64,000 nucleotides of DNA from Candidatus Woesearchaeota archaeon (lineage in GTDB: Archaea; Nanobdellota; Nanobdellia; Woesearchaeales; JACJVV01): positions 366,232 to 430,231 of the forward strand of contig JACJVV010000001.1 of assembly GCA_020637495.1 (NCBI GenBank). Reading direction: 5' to 3'. The notes beneath the pieces are model-generated. The model had not been told where the DNA came from. It was given only the letters and a program-made list of their open reading frames with translations, and did no database searches. Shown here one piece after another: positions 46,715 through 57,143 of this stretch. Each line of letters starts with the position of its first letter. The stretch's first letter is position 1. Position numbers and translations under genes: made by a program.

Positions 46715-47740
46715 TTATTTTTCTAGAATCTCAACCAGCTTGCTATAAGGAATATCACTCTTTATCCCCTGCCCTGAAAAATGTGTCCTTGTAGCCTTGA
46801 ATTTTTGCTTTTTTATCTCTTTCATTATCTCAGGTATCTTCTTTCCATTTCCTATCTTCTCTTTTTTGTAGATTGATGGAATCTCGTAGAAACCTAGGAT
46901 GTCTAACTCTTCTTTCAGTGTTTTTGTGAAACTATCATCTGATCCTAATCTTTTTACAATCTTATTGTCTTTCAGTTGTCCTGTCCAGATAGGACCAGCT
47001 TCTCCAGCTTTGATGTAATTATGCTGTTTGAATATCTTGTCACATTCACTTTTGCTCTTTTTTGCAATGAAGAAAGCCCGCATGTAATGGTCTTTACTGT
47101 AGCTTAAAATTGGTATTAGTGCCTTCTCAAATTGCATTCCTATAAGCTGAACTTTGCGTATAAGTATCCTAAGTCCAATCTCATGCATCTCTGAAGTATG
47201 GGAGGGTGTTGCCCAGTATTTTCTTTTGCATACATTTGCATATGTTCCGCATAATGCAGATGTATCAGTAGCCGTGACTGCCAGGATCGCATCGCGTTTC
47301 AGATGCAATATTGCGTTGTTAAGGAAGGTGTTAGGACTTCCAAATGGATCTATATCAGTATAGTCAAAGGCTTTTGCTTCTGCAAGAAATATGTTGGCAT
47401 CTTTGTTATGTAATTGTATACTACCTTTTTTTATTCTTATGCCGTTGTCTGTAAGATTCTTTTTTATAAGCTTAATAGCATTTGGATCATAATCATTTAT
47501 CTCAATTGTATCTATCATTCCTTTCTTCAATTCCTTTAGGAATCTTACAGCTCTCACACCTGTTCCTGCTAACGGAAGAGCTATTCTCATGCTTTTTCTG
47601 TTCAAAGCATTCAGAAGATCAATGGATATTGTCCTGTTATATTCCATCAATGGATTGTAGAATACAGGCAGATCCTTGCTTATCTTCTTCTCTTCTGGGA
47701 CAGTTATTTTGGCTTTTCCTTCCTTAATCTTATGGAACAT
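46715..47740 (-). CDS. trm1: tRNA (guanine26-N2)-dimethyltransferase Trm1
   Basis: N-terminal FYNPLMEYNRTISIDLL...ALPLAGTGVRAVRF and overall length (341 aa) match the archaeal Trm1 family. Confidence 0.8.
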   Translation of the reverse strand: MFHKIKEGKAKITVPEEKKISKDLPVFYNPLMEYNRTISIDLLNALNRKSMRIALPLAGTGVRAVRFLKELKKGMIDTIEINDYDPNAIKLIKKNLTDNGIRIKKGSIQLHNKDANIFLAEAKAFDYTDIDPFGSPNTFLNNAILHLKRDAILAVTATDTSALCGTYANVCKRKYWATPSHTSEMHEIGLRILIRKVQLIGMQFEKALIPILSYSKDHYMRAFFIAKKSKSECDKIFKQHNYIKAGEAGPIWTGQLKDNKIVKRLGSDDSFTKTLKEELDILGFYEIPSIYKKEKIGNGKKIPEIMKEIKKQKFKATRTHFSGQGIKSDIPYSKLVEILEK

Positions 47741-47805
47741 AGTATATAGAAAAAGTATTGTTATTAAAAAATTAATGCTTTATCCTAATTTAGGAAATAG
47801 CTGAT

Positions 47806-48192
47806 TTATCTGGTTTGTTCTTGTATACGTTTTATGAAACCTTCAAGTCCAGGAGTAAGCATTGAGGCTTCCCTTATGAAATCTCTTACGCTTTCTGGCC
47901 TATTCCCCATATCACACAAGACCTTTGTCACTATCCTTTCTGATTTAATCTGACCTGGTGTTACTTCTGATCCATTTACAGGAACTCTTATCCTGGATAT
48001 AGCTCCCCTGTCAAGACTGTAAACTTCTGTATTCTGGCCGATAAGGACATACCAATCCTCTTTTGCAATTCTTTCGTTCCTTATGTATAGGCAGTTTGTA
48101 AAAACCCTTTCCATCCCTGTCTCTATTTCATGCCCTAGAACTGCAAAGAATTCTCCTCGCGAAGGATTATAGTGGGGAAGTTTATCATACAT
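47806..48192 (-). CDS. Hypothetical protein (128 aa)
   Basis: ORF only. Confidence 0.35.
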   Translation of the reverse strand: MYDKLPHYNPSRGEFFAVLGHEIETGMERVFTNCLYIRNERIAKEDWYVLIGQNTEVYSLDRGAISRIRVPVNGSEVTPGQIKSERIVTKVLCDMGNRPESVRDFIREASMLTPGLEGFIKRIQEQTR

Positions 48193-48199
48193 GATATGT

Positions 48200-48550
48200 T
48201 CACTGTATTATGATTGGCCTGTGCTTAATATGTCTTTCTCCATCGTCGCCATAAGCATAGATCCTTACCCAGTATTCTCCTGGTTCAAGATCATGGTAAC
48301 CATAAGCAACCTTTGCTGCAGTATCTCCAGCCCTCACATTGTTCTGAGAAGATGTTCCTGCATAGCCATAGTCATCAAGGACTAAGAATTTGACTCTCAT
48401 GTTATCAACAGCATTCTCATTCCCTCTGTTGTCTATGTTTGCATGCAATATTATTGGACTTTCTTGATATAGGTTATCATCAATGAACCTGATGCTACCA
48501 AACATTGCGAACACGATTAATACGCTAAGTAGTATTGTATAACTCTTCAT
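48200..48550 (-). CDS. Small secreted protein with a CARDB-like beta domain
   Basis: Signal peptide (MKSYTILLSVLIVFAMFGS) and an ...LEPGEYWVRIYAYGDDGE segment resembling the CARDB domains of the surface locus. Confidence 0.4.
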   Translation of the reverse strand: MKSYTILLSVLIVFAMFGSIRFIDDNLYQESPIILHANIDNRGNENAVDNMRVKFLVLDDYGYAGTSSQNNVRAGDTAAKVAYGYHDLEPGEYWVRIYAYGDDGERHIKHRPIIIQ

Positions 48551-48621
48551 TTGAACACCCCGTTGCTCTATAATTTCAGAATGCTTGCATTGTATTTAAA
48601 GATTGTGTAATTCAAATACCA

Positions 48622-48975
48622 CTAGAAGCTTACCTGTTGTCCCAAATTGATGTCAAATTTTGCGATTGTCCCTTTTTTAAGTTCGACGACAAATCTTGCT
48701 TTTTTCTTTGGGTTGTAGAATGTGAATGGCTTGAAGTTCTCTTTGATCTCGATGATCTTCTTTCTCTTGTCCAAGTATATCACATCAATTGCCGTGAAGA
48801 CAAACCACATATGCAAAGGCACCAATTTATCTTCTAAAAATATGAATATCAATGGTTCTTTTACTTCAGCTTTGAACATAAGCCCTAACGCTTTCCCGAG
48901 TATGCTCTCAACTTTAACTGCGTTCTTGGAGATTATTTTCTTATTTATCGTGAGCATTTTAGACGACTTCAACAA
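48622..48975 (-). CDS. DUF192-family protein
   Basis: GLMFK...LIFIF...MWFVFTAIDVIYLD...VVELKKG pattern of the COG1430/DUF192 family. Confidence 0.5.
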   Translation of the reverse strand: MLKSSKMLTINKKIISKNAVKVESILGKALGLMFKAEVKEPLIFIFLEDKLVPLHMWFVFTAIDVIYLDKRKKIIEIKENFKPFTFYNPKKKARFVVELKKGTIAKFDINLGQQVSF

Positions 48976-49345
48976 GCGGTTTGATCCTTGCAGTATTGTT
49001 TGTTATATGTATATAGTCTTTCTGCTTCAGCTCTTCGATATACCTATAGAATGAAGCCTTTGAGCAATAATTATGCTGGTCGACGATGATGTCCTTGATC
49101 TCTGGAATGGAGAGCTGTTTTAGCTTTATTGTCTCTAGGATCTTGTTTTTTATCAGACGTCTCTTATTCCTCTTATATGAAGTGATGACCTCTTTTTTCA
49201 GAGGATCACGTTCTTTTATCATTGATTTCAACTCTTGATTCTCTTTCTGCAGTTGCAATATCATCTGCTGATGAGAAACAATGTTTTGCGACATAGAACT
49301 CAACGTATTCTCTAACAACTTCTTTATCTCTTCCAACTCCCCCAT
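48959..49345 (-). CDS. Coiled-coil protein with a possible C-terminal winged-helix domain (putative regulator)
   Basis: N-terminal heptad-rich region; a C-terminal KASFYRYIEELKQKDYIHI...ARIKPL segment resembles a wHTH. Confidence 0.3.
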   Translation of the reverse strand: MGELEEIKKLLENTLSSMSQNIVSHQQMILQLQKENQELKSMIKERDPLKKEVITSYKRNKRRLIKNKILETIKLKQLSIPEIKDIIVDQHNYCSKASFYRYIEELKQKDYIHITNNTARIKPLVEVV

Positions 49346-49633
49346 ATCAATTTATCTTAAAATTGCTTCTTTAAATAGTTTGTTGTTGTCTGAGAGTTGT
49401 CTCAGACTTTACTGATACACTTTTGAGACTTTTAGCAATAGATTATGTACTGTATATTGAACACCCCTTCATTTCCTATGGAAATTAGTGAGACAGAAAT
49501 GAGACTCTCCTGATACTTTTTTGATTTATAAGTGACTAAAGCTTGTTTTTTCCTAAAAATAAAGCTTTAAAATACTAGAAACTCATAATCAAACTATTTT
49601 ATACTTTATTTAATTAATTTAGATATTATAAAC

Positions 49634-50926
49634 TTATCTTCCTATTGATAAATACCTAAAACCTGCCTTTCTTGCTAAAATGGGGTCATAAATGTTCCTT
49701 CCGTCAAAAATTAGTGGTGATGAAAGCCTTGACTTTATATCTGAGAACTCGATGCTCCTGAATTCATCCCATTCAGTACATATGACTAATGCATCTGCTT
49801 TTTCAAGAGCTTCCATTGGTTTTGAACAGTATTCAATACCTTCAATTATCTTTTTTGCATTATCTTCTGCTACTGGATCAAAAGCTTTTATTTCTGCCCC
49901 TTTAGCCATCAATGATCTTATTATATCAATTGAAGGTGCTTCTCTCATATCATCTGTCTTTGGTTTGAATGCAAGGCCCCAAATTGCTATTGTCTTACCT
50001 TTCACATCAATGTTGCTTGTAATCATATCGACAAATTTCTTACGTTGCTGACTATTGACAGCATCAACACTATGTAATATTGAGTTGTCGCAACCATTGT
50101 CCTTCAATGTCTTGATAAGCGCTTTGACATCTTTCGGAAAACAGCTTCCACCATATCCGATTCCAGCATGCAAGAATCGTGTGCCTATTCTTGTGTCTAG
50201 GCCCATGCCTTTAGAAACCTGTGTTATGTCTCCTCCTTGCTTCTCACATAACTCAGAGAGCATGTTGACAAAACTTATCCTCGTAGCTAACATTGCATTG
50301 GACGCATATTTTATTATCTCTGAGCTTTTGATATCTGTGAATAGGATGGGCTTTCCAGTCCTTTCAATGCCAGCATAGACTTTCTTCATGACTTCTTTTG
50401 CCTTCTCGTTATCTACTCCGATCACTATCCTATCAGGCGTGAAGAAATCTTTTACAGCTGCACCTTCTCTGAGGAATTCAGGATTAGATGCAACATCAAA
50501 CTCTGCTTTTGCATCCTGTTTTATTATTGTATCTTTGACTTTCTCGGATGTTCCTACGGGGACTGTGCTTTTTGTTACAATTACTTTGTAACCATTGAGA
50601 TCCTTTCCTATGTCTTCTGCAACTTTCATCACATATTGCAGATCAGCACTCCCATCTTCATCTTGAGGAGTTCCTACAGCTATGAATACAACTTCTGAAT
50701 CCTTTATCCCTTCCTTTATCGATGTTGAGAATGTGAGACGACCTTCTTTGACATTCCTGTCAACTATCTCTTTTAAACCAACTTCATAGATTGGCATGAT
50801 ACCTTTCTTCAGTTTATTTATCTTCTCTTTGTCGATGTCAATACATACAACGTTATGGCCAAGGTCTGCAAGCCCTACACCTGTTACAAGCCCTACATAT
50901 CCTGTGCCTATGATTGATAGTCTCAT
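49634..50926 (-). CDS. ugd: UDP-glucose 6-dehydrogenase (UDP-glucose/GDP-mannose dehydrogenase family)
   Basis: N-terminal GTGYVGL Rossmann motif, a catalytic GGSCFPKD segment and a C-terminal UDP-binding domain. Confidence 0.85.
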   Translation of the reverse strand: MRLSIIGTGYVGLVTGVGLADLGHNVVCIDIDKEKINKLKKGIMPIYEVGLKEIVDRNVKEGRLTFSTSIKEGIKDSEVVFIAVGTPQDEDGSADLQYVMKVAEDIGKDLNGYKVIVTKSTVPVGTSEKVKDTIIKQDAKAEFDVASNPEFLREGAAVKDFFTPDRIVIGVDNEKAKEVMKKVYAGIERTGKPILFTDIKSSEIIKYASNAMLATRISFVNMLSELCEKQGGDITQVSKGMGLDTRIGTRFLHAGIGYGGSCFPKDVKALIKTLKDNGCDNSILHSVDAVNSQQRKKFVDMITSNIDVKGKTIAIWGLAFKPKTDDMREAPSIDIIRSLMAKGAEIKAFDPVAEDNAKKIIEGIEYCSKPMEALEKADALVICTEWDEFRSIEFSDIKSRLSSPLIFDGRNIYDPILARKAGFRYLSIGR

Positions 50927-51630
50927 CTTGTGTGTTTCTCCTTCACAAGTGTGCTTGCCTTATATAAGCTTTCAAATGTTCCTGCATCGCTCCAATATCC
51001 TTGTATTATCTCTGCTCTCATCTTCTTATTCTTGATATAGCTATTGTTAACATCTGTGATCTCTAATTCTCCACGTGCTGAGGGCTTAAGAGTCCTGATT
51101 ATATCGAAAACATCACTATCGTAAATATATAGGCCTGTGACTGCATAATCTGTTGAAGGTCTCTTTGGTTTTTCTTCTATCGATATAACTTTATTATTCT
51201 GATCAAGCGTTGCTACACCGAACCTATTCGCATCCTCAACTTCTTTTAGAAAAATTAGTGCACCATCCTTAAAATTGTCAACCTGAAATCTATCCTCAAA
51301 TATATTGTCACCTAATATTACACTAATATTCTCATTATCTGCAAAATCTTCTGCTAAACTTAATGCTTGAGCTATTCCTCCTGCATTATCTTGCACTTCA
51401 TAGCTTATCTTTATACCAAATTCTTTTCCAGAGCCTAGAAGATTTACAAAATGCCCCGCATGTCCAGGTCCTGAGACTATCAAGATATCCTTTATCCCCA
51501 TATCTATCAGAGTTTGCAATGGATAATATATCATTGGCTTGTTATAGACTGGAAGTAGATGCTTATTAGTCACTTTTGTACAAGGGCTTAATCTTGTTCC
51601 GTTTCCACCTGCTAATATTACGCCTTTCAT
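50923..51630 (-). CDS. rmlA: Glucose-1-phosphate thymidylyltransferase-like sugar nucleotidyltransferase (short RmlA form)
   Basis: MKGVILAGGNGTRLSPCTKVTNKHLLPVYNKPMIYYPL nucleotidyltransferase N-terminus. Confidence 0.75.
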   Translation of the reverse strand: MKGVILAGGNGTRLSPCTKVTNKHLLPVYNKPMIYYPLQTLIDMGIKDILIVSGPGHAGHFVNLLGSGKEFGIKISYEVQDNAGGIAQALSLAEDFADNENISVILGDNIFEDRFQVDNFKDGALIFLKEVEDANRFGVATLDQNNKVISIEEKPKRPSTDYAVTGLYIYDSDVFDIIRTLKPSARGELEITDVNNSYIKNKKMRAEIIQGYWSDAGTFESLYKASTLVKEKHTR

Positions 51631-51645
51631 TCTAATCCTTCTTTT

Positions 51646-52632
51646 TTATATCTCTACTCCATCAGCCAATAATTTCTTGTATTGATTCAATGTGATCGTC
51701 CTAGGATCATCAGGATCTGTTCCCTTATTCTTCAATGCATCCCATATCTCCTTGGCGCCTTTTTCAGCATCATACTCTGGCTTAAAACCAAGAACAGTCT
51801 TTATCTTATTGAAGTCAACCTTATAACTTCTATGATCAGGTTGTCCATACCATTCATACTCAAAAGGGATTCCAGCAGCCTTTGCAACCATTTCAGCCAT
51901 GGGAAATATCTGATAATTCTGCTCATTGCTTCCAACATTAAACAATTGCTTATTCACTTTGTCAATTGGAGCTTCCAATATCATAAGCTGTGCTCTTGCA
52001 GTGTCTTTAACATGCACCATTGGCCTCCATTGCTTGCCATCTTTCAATATAGGGATCTTGCGGTTCTGGAAGAATCCTTTTGTCATGCCATTTATCGCGA
52101 GATCAAATCTCATTCTCTTTGAAAGACCGTATACTGTCGCCTGCCTTATAATCGTGACACAGAAATTATTATCCGCTAGATCGATTATATCTTCCTCCGC
52201 TTTTACATTAGCTTTTGCATATGTCGTCAATGGATTGATATCTGATGTTTCATCGACAACATCATCTTGGAATCCATATGCACTGCATGAACTTGGCAAA
52301 AGATAACGTTTGACCCCCATGTTTTTTGCTAGAACTGCAATCCTAAGTCTACCCAGATGGTTGATGGACCATGTCTTTGTAGGGTCAAGCTCTCCAGCAG
52401 GATCATTTGATATTGCTGCAAGGTCTATAACGCCATCTATCCCTTTGAAAATTTCTTTGCTTACACTTCTTATATCTTCTTTGATTATTTTCAGATTCTT
52501 ATCTTCTTCTGGCAATGTTTCTCTACCAAAAAATAATCTATCAACTACTGTTACTTTATGGTCTTGCTCTAATGCCATTCTTACTAGAACTGAGCCTATG
52601 TATCCTGCTCCTCCTGTAATCAAGAGATTCAC
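51646..52632 (-). CDS. NAD-dependent epimerase/dehydratase (extended SDR); candidate dTDP-glucose 4,6-dehydratase or nucleotide-sugar epimerase
   Basis: TGGAGYIGS Rossmann motif. The catalytic region SSCSAYG...TYAKANVK is non-canonical, with no clear YxxxK spacing. Confidence 0.6.
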   Translation of the reverse strand: MNLLITGGAGYIGSVLVRMALEQDHKVTVVDRLFFGRETLPEEDKNLKIIKEDIRSVSKEIFKGIDGVIDLAAISNDPAGELDPTKTWSINHLGRLRIAVLAKNMGVKRYLLPSSCSAYGFQDDVVDETSDINPLTTYAKANVKAEEDIIDLADNNFCVTIIRQATVYGLSKRMRFDLAINGMTKGFFQNRKIPILKDGKQWRPMVHVKDTARAQLMILEAPIDKVNKQLFNVGSNEQNYQIFPMAEMVAKAAGIPFEYEWYGQPDHRSYKVDFNKIKTVLGFKPEYDAEKGAKEIWDALKNKGTDPDDPRTITLNQYKKLLADGVEI

Positions 52633-53201
52633 TCTTTATCATCCCCTTCATAGGTGAAATTAATATCAGCATCTTTTAATCTTGGAGCTTTTGCATCTTT
52701 TTCAGATAGAGTCGGGTCCATTATCGGCCAATCTATTCCTATATCAGGATCATTCCATAGTATCTGCCTGTCATCAGCTGGAGCATATTCTCCTGTGGCC
52801 TTGTATAAAAGTTCTGTATCATCTTCCAGGACACATATCCCATGTGCAAATCCTGGTGGGACCCATAACATGCATTTATTCTCTTCAGTGAGCTCAATAG
52901 CTACATGCTTTCCATATGTGGGGGAGCCTTTGCGTATATCAACCGCAACATCCAGAAGCCTTCCTTTCACAACTCTCACAATCTTTCCTTGTGAATTAGG
53001 ATCTTTTTGGTAATGCAATCCTCTGATCACATTCTTGCTTGACTTTGAATGGTTGTCCTGTGTGAATTCTATATCTATTCCGTTTTTCTCGAAATCGCTC
53101 TTTTTCCATGTCTCCATGAAGAAACCTCTTTGATCTCCAAAAACTTTGGGCCTTATCAAGATAACTTCAGGTATTGATTGTCTCTCAAATTCGAATGGCA
53201 T
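52629..53201 (-). CDS. rmlC: dTDP-4-dehydrorhamnose 3,5-epimerase
   Basis: FGDQRGFFMETWK and RGLHYQ motifs of the RmlC cupin. Confidence 0.85.
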   Translation of the reverse strand: MPFEFERQSIPEVILIRPKVFGDQRGFFMETWKKSDFEKNGIDIEFTQDNHSKSSKNVIRGLHYQKDPNSQGKIVRVVKGRLLDVAVDIRKGSPTYGKHVAIELTEENKCMLWVPPGFAHGICVLEDDTELLYKATGEYAPADDRQILWNDPDIGIDWPIMDPTLSEKDAKAPRLKDADINFTYEGDDKE

Positions 53202-54133
53202 CAGGTTTCAACCTCTACTTTATCTTTATTCTCAATTATTCTCCTCTCGGAAATGAATTGCTTAATCGCCTCCTTCCAATGAGGCATAATATTTATTCTA
53301 TGTTTTTTTAGATTTGAATTCTCAAGAACAGTATATCTTGGCCGTTCAAAATTAGCCGGATAGGCAGAACTATCAACAGGTATTACTTTTATTGATATAT
53401 CTGATAACCTAAAGATCTCTTTTGCAAACTCATACCACGTGCATGATCCCTCGCAAGTGCAGTGGTATATGCCATACTCATCTGTTTTGATCAAAGGAAT
53501 TATTTGCTTTGCTATATGCAATGTTGCAGTCGGTGTCATATATTGGTCATCGACCACTGAAAGCTCATCTTTTGTCTTTGCCAGCTTAAGCATTGTCTCT
53601 ACAAAATTGCCTTTTTTCTGTGTAGATGCTTTATTACCATATAGGCTGGCAACTCTAAGTATGAAATGTTTGCACCCTATCTCCTGGATCCTTTGCTCTC
53701 CTTGAAGCTTTGTCTTCCCATATACATTAATTGGAATAGGTGTATCCTGTTCAGTATATGGCTCTTGAGATTTACCATCAAATACATAATCTGTACTTAT
53801 GTGCAGAAGTATCATATCTTTTTCTTTGCATATCATGGCAAGATTCTCTACAGAGTCCATATTAACAGCTTTTGCTTTCTGTGGATTTGATTCGCATTCA
53901 TCCACTTTGTGCAGAGCAGCACTGTTAATGATAATATCAGGAGAATATTCTTCAATCAATCTAGATACATGAGCTGAGTCTGTGATATCCACATCATCAT
54001 GTGATAATGGTATTGCATCTATCTTGTTGCTTCTTAATTCATTCACAATATCAGTACCTAATTGGCCGTAGCCCCCAAATACAACAACCCTCATGGCTGA
54101 CTTAGAAGTAGGATTATTTAAATAGTTTGTCAT
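53201..54133 (-). CDS. rmlD: dTDP-4-dehydrorhamnose reductase
   Basis: VVVFGGYGQLG Rossmann motif, YGKTK catalytic motif and RmlD-typical length. A Met at MRVVV lies downstream of the listed start. Confidence 0.8.
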   Translation of the reverse strand: MTNYLNNPTSKSAMRVVVFGGYGQLGTDIVNELRSNKIDAIPLSHDDVDITDSAHVSRLIEEYSPDIIINSAALHKVDECESNPQKAKAVNMDSVENLAMICKEKDMILLHISTDYVFDGKSQEPYTEQDTPIPINVYGKTKLQGEQRIQEIGCKHFILRVASLYGNKASTQKKGNFVETMLKLAKTKDELSVVDDQYMTPTATLHIAKQIIPLIKTDEYGIYHCTCEGSCTWYEFAKEIFRLSDISIKVIPVDSSAYPANFERPRYTVLENSNLKKHRINIMPHWKEAIKQFISERRIIENKDKVEVET

Positions 54134-55107
54134 CTAGAATAACGTTTAAAAAGTCTCTTCATCCAATAGAAATATGGCGTGAGCACCATTTTCTTTGCAA
54201 TTGATTTCTGTGTCATAATTTTTGATTCTTGTATTATTTTTCGTTTCTTTAACATTCTTGCGATAGTGCTATAATTTTGTTTTTTTTCTGGTAGAAACAG
54301 AAGAATTAGGATGCATAACACTAGATTGGAAAGCATTCTGGCCTTCGTTGAATTCTTTATCATAAGATAGCATTTGTTCCTCAACGCTTGTTTGAACCTG
54401 AATGCATGCTCTGTTGTAGCCTCCCTGATATGGTATGCAACCGCTTTGTTATTGTAGTATGAATTCCATCCTTTTAGTTGAAGCCTATAATCTAGGTCAG
54501 CATCTTCTAAAACAGCAAAGAAATCATTGTCGAAGAATTCCCTAATTACATTTGTTCCTTGAATCTTTATTGCTGTATCTTCCAGCGCTTTTCTCCTATA
54601 TATGGCAGCAGCAGCACATACACCAAATACATCTCCAGATTCTCTGCCATTGATCTTATTATCTTTTTCCTGATGATCCCTATCAATAGAGAATCCACTT
54701 CTTGTCATAATATGTCCAGTAGAATCGATAAGTTTCTTATTATTCGCTAAAATAAGTTTTCCTTGAACTGAAGAATATCTCTGATTCTTCTCCATAAATC
54801 TAAGGCATTCATCAATATAATCTTTTTCTAGAAAACAATCAGCGTTCAATGTCATTATATATTCCCCTTCTGCAACTCTTATCCCTTTATTATTACCTTC
54901 ACTAAAACCAAGATTTTGTGTATATGGGATAACTTTTACCTGTTTTGGGTACGCTGCTTTTATTCTCTCTAAAACCTTTTGATTATCATCATTATCCACT
55001 ATTATAATCTCATATGGATAACTAGATCTAATGCACTTTATACATTTCTCTATAAATCCTTCAGATTTGTAGCTGATTACAATTATTGATATATAGGCAA
55101 ATACCAT
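54130..55107 (-). CDS. Glycosyltransferase family 2
   Basis: ISIIVISYKSEGF...IIIVDNDDN GT-A N-terminus with a DxD motif. Confidence 0.75.
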   Translation of the reverse strand: MVFAYISIIVISYKSEGFIEKCIKCIRSSYPYEIIIVDNDDNQKVLERIKAAYPKQVKVIPYTQNLGFSEGNNKGIRVAEGEYIMTLNADCFLEKDYIDECLRFMEKNQRYSSVQGKLILANNKKLIDSTGHIMTRSGFSIDRDHQEKDNKINGRESGDVFGVCAAAAIYRRKALEDTAIKIQGTNVIREFFDNDFFAVLEDADLDYRLQLKGWNSYYNNKAVAYHIREATTEHAFRFKQALRNKCYLMIKNSTKARMLSNLVLCILILLFLPEKKQNYSTIARMLKKRKIIQESKIMTQKSIAKKMVLTPYFYWMKRLFKRYSR

Positions 55108-57143
55108 TCTGGACCAGTGTACATGATATAATGCACGAAACCTCCGCTAATCATGATTATCACTAAAAGTATCAATATGATTATTTTAATAAATTTAGGC
55201 GTCTTTTCAAATGCAATAAATGAATAAACAATCGCCATAGGGAGCAGGACAGGAAATAGATATCGTGCCTGCAATGCCATGTCAAATATCCCTATTCTCC
55301 TATACGTTAAGTAATTTACATAGAAAAACATCACAAAGATATATCCTGCAGCAAAAAAAAGGCAAGTCACCAGTTCTTTCTTCAGTATACTTTTCACCTT
55401 CTCCTTGGAGTTAAAACCAAATGCAAATAGTGATAGAATGGCCAGTAATATATAACCATAGTATGCTTCATTCCCTTTGTATAAAGAATAATGTGAGTTT
55501 ATAGTGAAGAACCTTTTTCCGATATCCTCTGACCATTTTTTTGCATAAATAATTAATGGGTAGCTAGTCGTACTCTCCCACTTGCTTGTCATGCATACCT
55601 TATCTCCATTTCTAGTCCTTTCATCGACACATTTTCCATCTAAATTGCACAATCCCATATAGCAGCATATGTTATCCTTATCTTCATAATAGTCTGGGAC
55701 GCACCAGTAGAACTGAGAGACTTCCCCACACTCTGCATTCTGATTGCATTGCTCAGGGAAAATAAGTTCTGGTTGTTGAGATCCTGAAATATCTCTCTTA
55801 TTAAAATCAATTATTCCTATGTTTATGAGTAGCAATGTTATTGATATGCACGAAACAACCAGTGCAATCCATTCTTTCCAATGCAATCTTCTCATTATTT
55901 CCTTCATTGATGGATATGTCCTGCTCACTAACAATGCTATAATTGCAAATAATCCTATCGGATAGAATGATCCTTTTGTAAAGCATCCTAATGATAATAT
56001 CCCTAGAAGGATGATGAGATCAATTCTCTTCTTATCCTGCATGGCCTTGATAGTATAATATAATGCTGATACTGCCAGAAAATTAGCAAGATTATCATAT
56101 GTTAGCATGCTAAAGAGGAAAACATACATGATGATATTTGTTAGTATTATCATGACTGCTATATGGATATACCCATTATCAGTAATTCTCTTAATCGTGT
56201 TATATGCAATAAACAATGTTGCAATCCCAAATAATGAATTGATGAGCCTTAGCGCTATTATGGCGATTGTATTTGGAAGAGACAGGTTGAAAATGAATGC
56301 AAGAAATCCGATCATATAATGATATGGATAAGATTGCGACAAAAAGTTGCTTTCATACCCAAAATCTCCTCCATGAAAACTATTTTTATAGCCATCTATA
56401 ACAATGAAATGGAAATTCTCGTCTGGTGATATCCCTCTGGCAGCAGTAGAAGCAAAGAAGACAACTTGAAAGATGAACCATATGAAAATCATAATTATGA
56501 TCTTCTTCTTATTCTTATTTATGAAGAAATCAACTTTATTGATGAATAATTTTATATCTTTTATCGTGATAAGATTTTTCCTTCTGAAGAATATGTAAGC
56601 TGGAATTAATAGCAGGATGAATACTGTGAATGATTTTGGGATCGTTGCTACATGATTTATCTTTTCTATCAATGATGCTGTAGCTTCCAATGTAGGGTTC
56701 GGTCCTTCTTGCTCAACAATCATTGAATTATCTGAGAACGAGATTTCACTTATGTCTTTGCTTATCTTCAAACTTTGCAACAGATTCTCGCTGCCGACAC
56801 AATATCTTCTGAACAGATTCTTGATACAGATATCATGTATTATGATATTGTAATTGGTATTATGAAGATCAAATCTCAATTCTGACACTTCTTTGAACGG
56901 GAGGTTGAAAGCAACCAAAGCTGATCTATATACCGGTACTATGTATGATGGTTTCTTCTGGAAAATTGAATGATATCCGAATCCTATGCTATAATACATC
57001 TGATAATCTGGGTATCCTTCAGATGTCATGTTGAATTCTATGTTCGAAGGGAAGGTCAAATTCACCGTCAGCATGAATATTGAAGATAATATCAAAACCA
57101 GAATTACAATCATATCTACGGCTAAAAGAATTATCTTCTTCAT
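55083..57143 (-). CDS. GT-C-fold polytopic membrane glycosyltransferase (ArnT/PMT-like) with a Cys-rich extracytoplasmic insert
   Basis: More than 10 TM helices. A first-loop SPDENFHF (DE motif) as in GT39/GT83 enzymes. A Cys-rich loop (CNQNAECGE...CVPDYYEDKDNICCYMGLCNLDGKC). Confidence 0.45.
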   Translation of the reverse strand: MKKIILLAVDMIVILVLILSSIFMLTVNLTFPSNIEFNMTSEGYPDYQMYYSIGFGYHSIFQKKPSYIVPVYRSALVAFNLPFKEVSELRFDLHNTNYNIIIHDICIKNLFRRYCVGSENLLQSLKISKDISEISFSDNSMIVEQEGPNPTLEATASLIEKINHVATIPKSFTVFILLLIPAYIFFRRKNLITIKDIKLFINKVDFFINKNKKKIIIMIFIWFIFQVVFFASTAARGISPDENFHFIVIDGYKNSFHGGDFGYESNFLSQSYPYHYMIGFLAFIFNLSLPNTIAIIALRLINSLFGIATLFIAYNTIKRITDNGYIHIAVMIILTNIIMYVFLFSMLTYDNLANFLAVSALYYTIKAMQDKKRIDLIILLGILSLGCFTKGSFYPIGLFAIIALLVSRTYPSMKEIMRRLHWKEWIALVVSCISITLLLINIGIIDFNKRDISGSQQPELIFPEQCNQNAECGEVSQFYWCVPDYYEDKDNICCYMGLCNLDGKCVDERTRNGDKVCMTSKWESTTSYPLIIYAKKWSEDIGKRFFTINSHYSLYKGNEAYYGYILLAILSLFAFGFNSKEKVKSILKKELVTCLFFAAGYIFVMFFYVNYLTYRRIGIFDMALQARYLFPVLLPMAIVYSFIAFEKTPKFIKIIILILLVIIMISGGFVHYIMYTGPEWYLPIYQ

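Noticed and set aside
52654-53013. Plus-strand ORFs antisense to rmlC and the epimerase genes
   Set aside because: They are antisense to strongly supported Rml genes and have no motifs.
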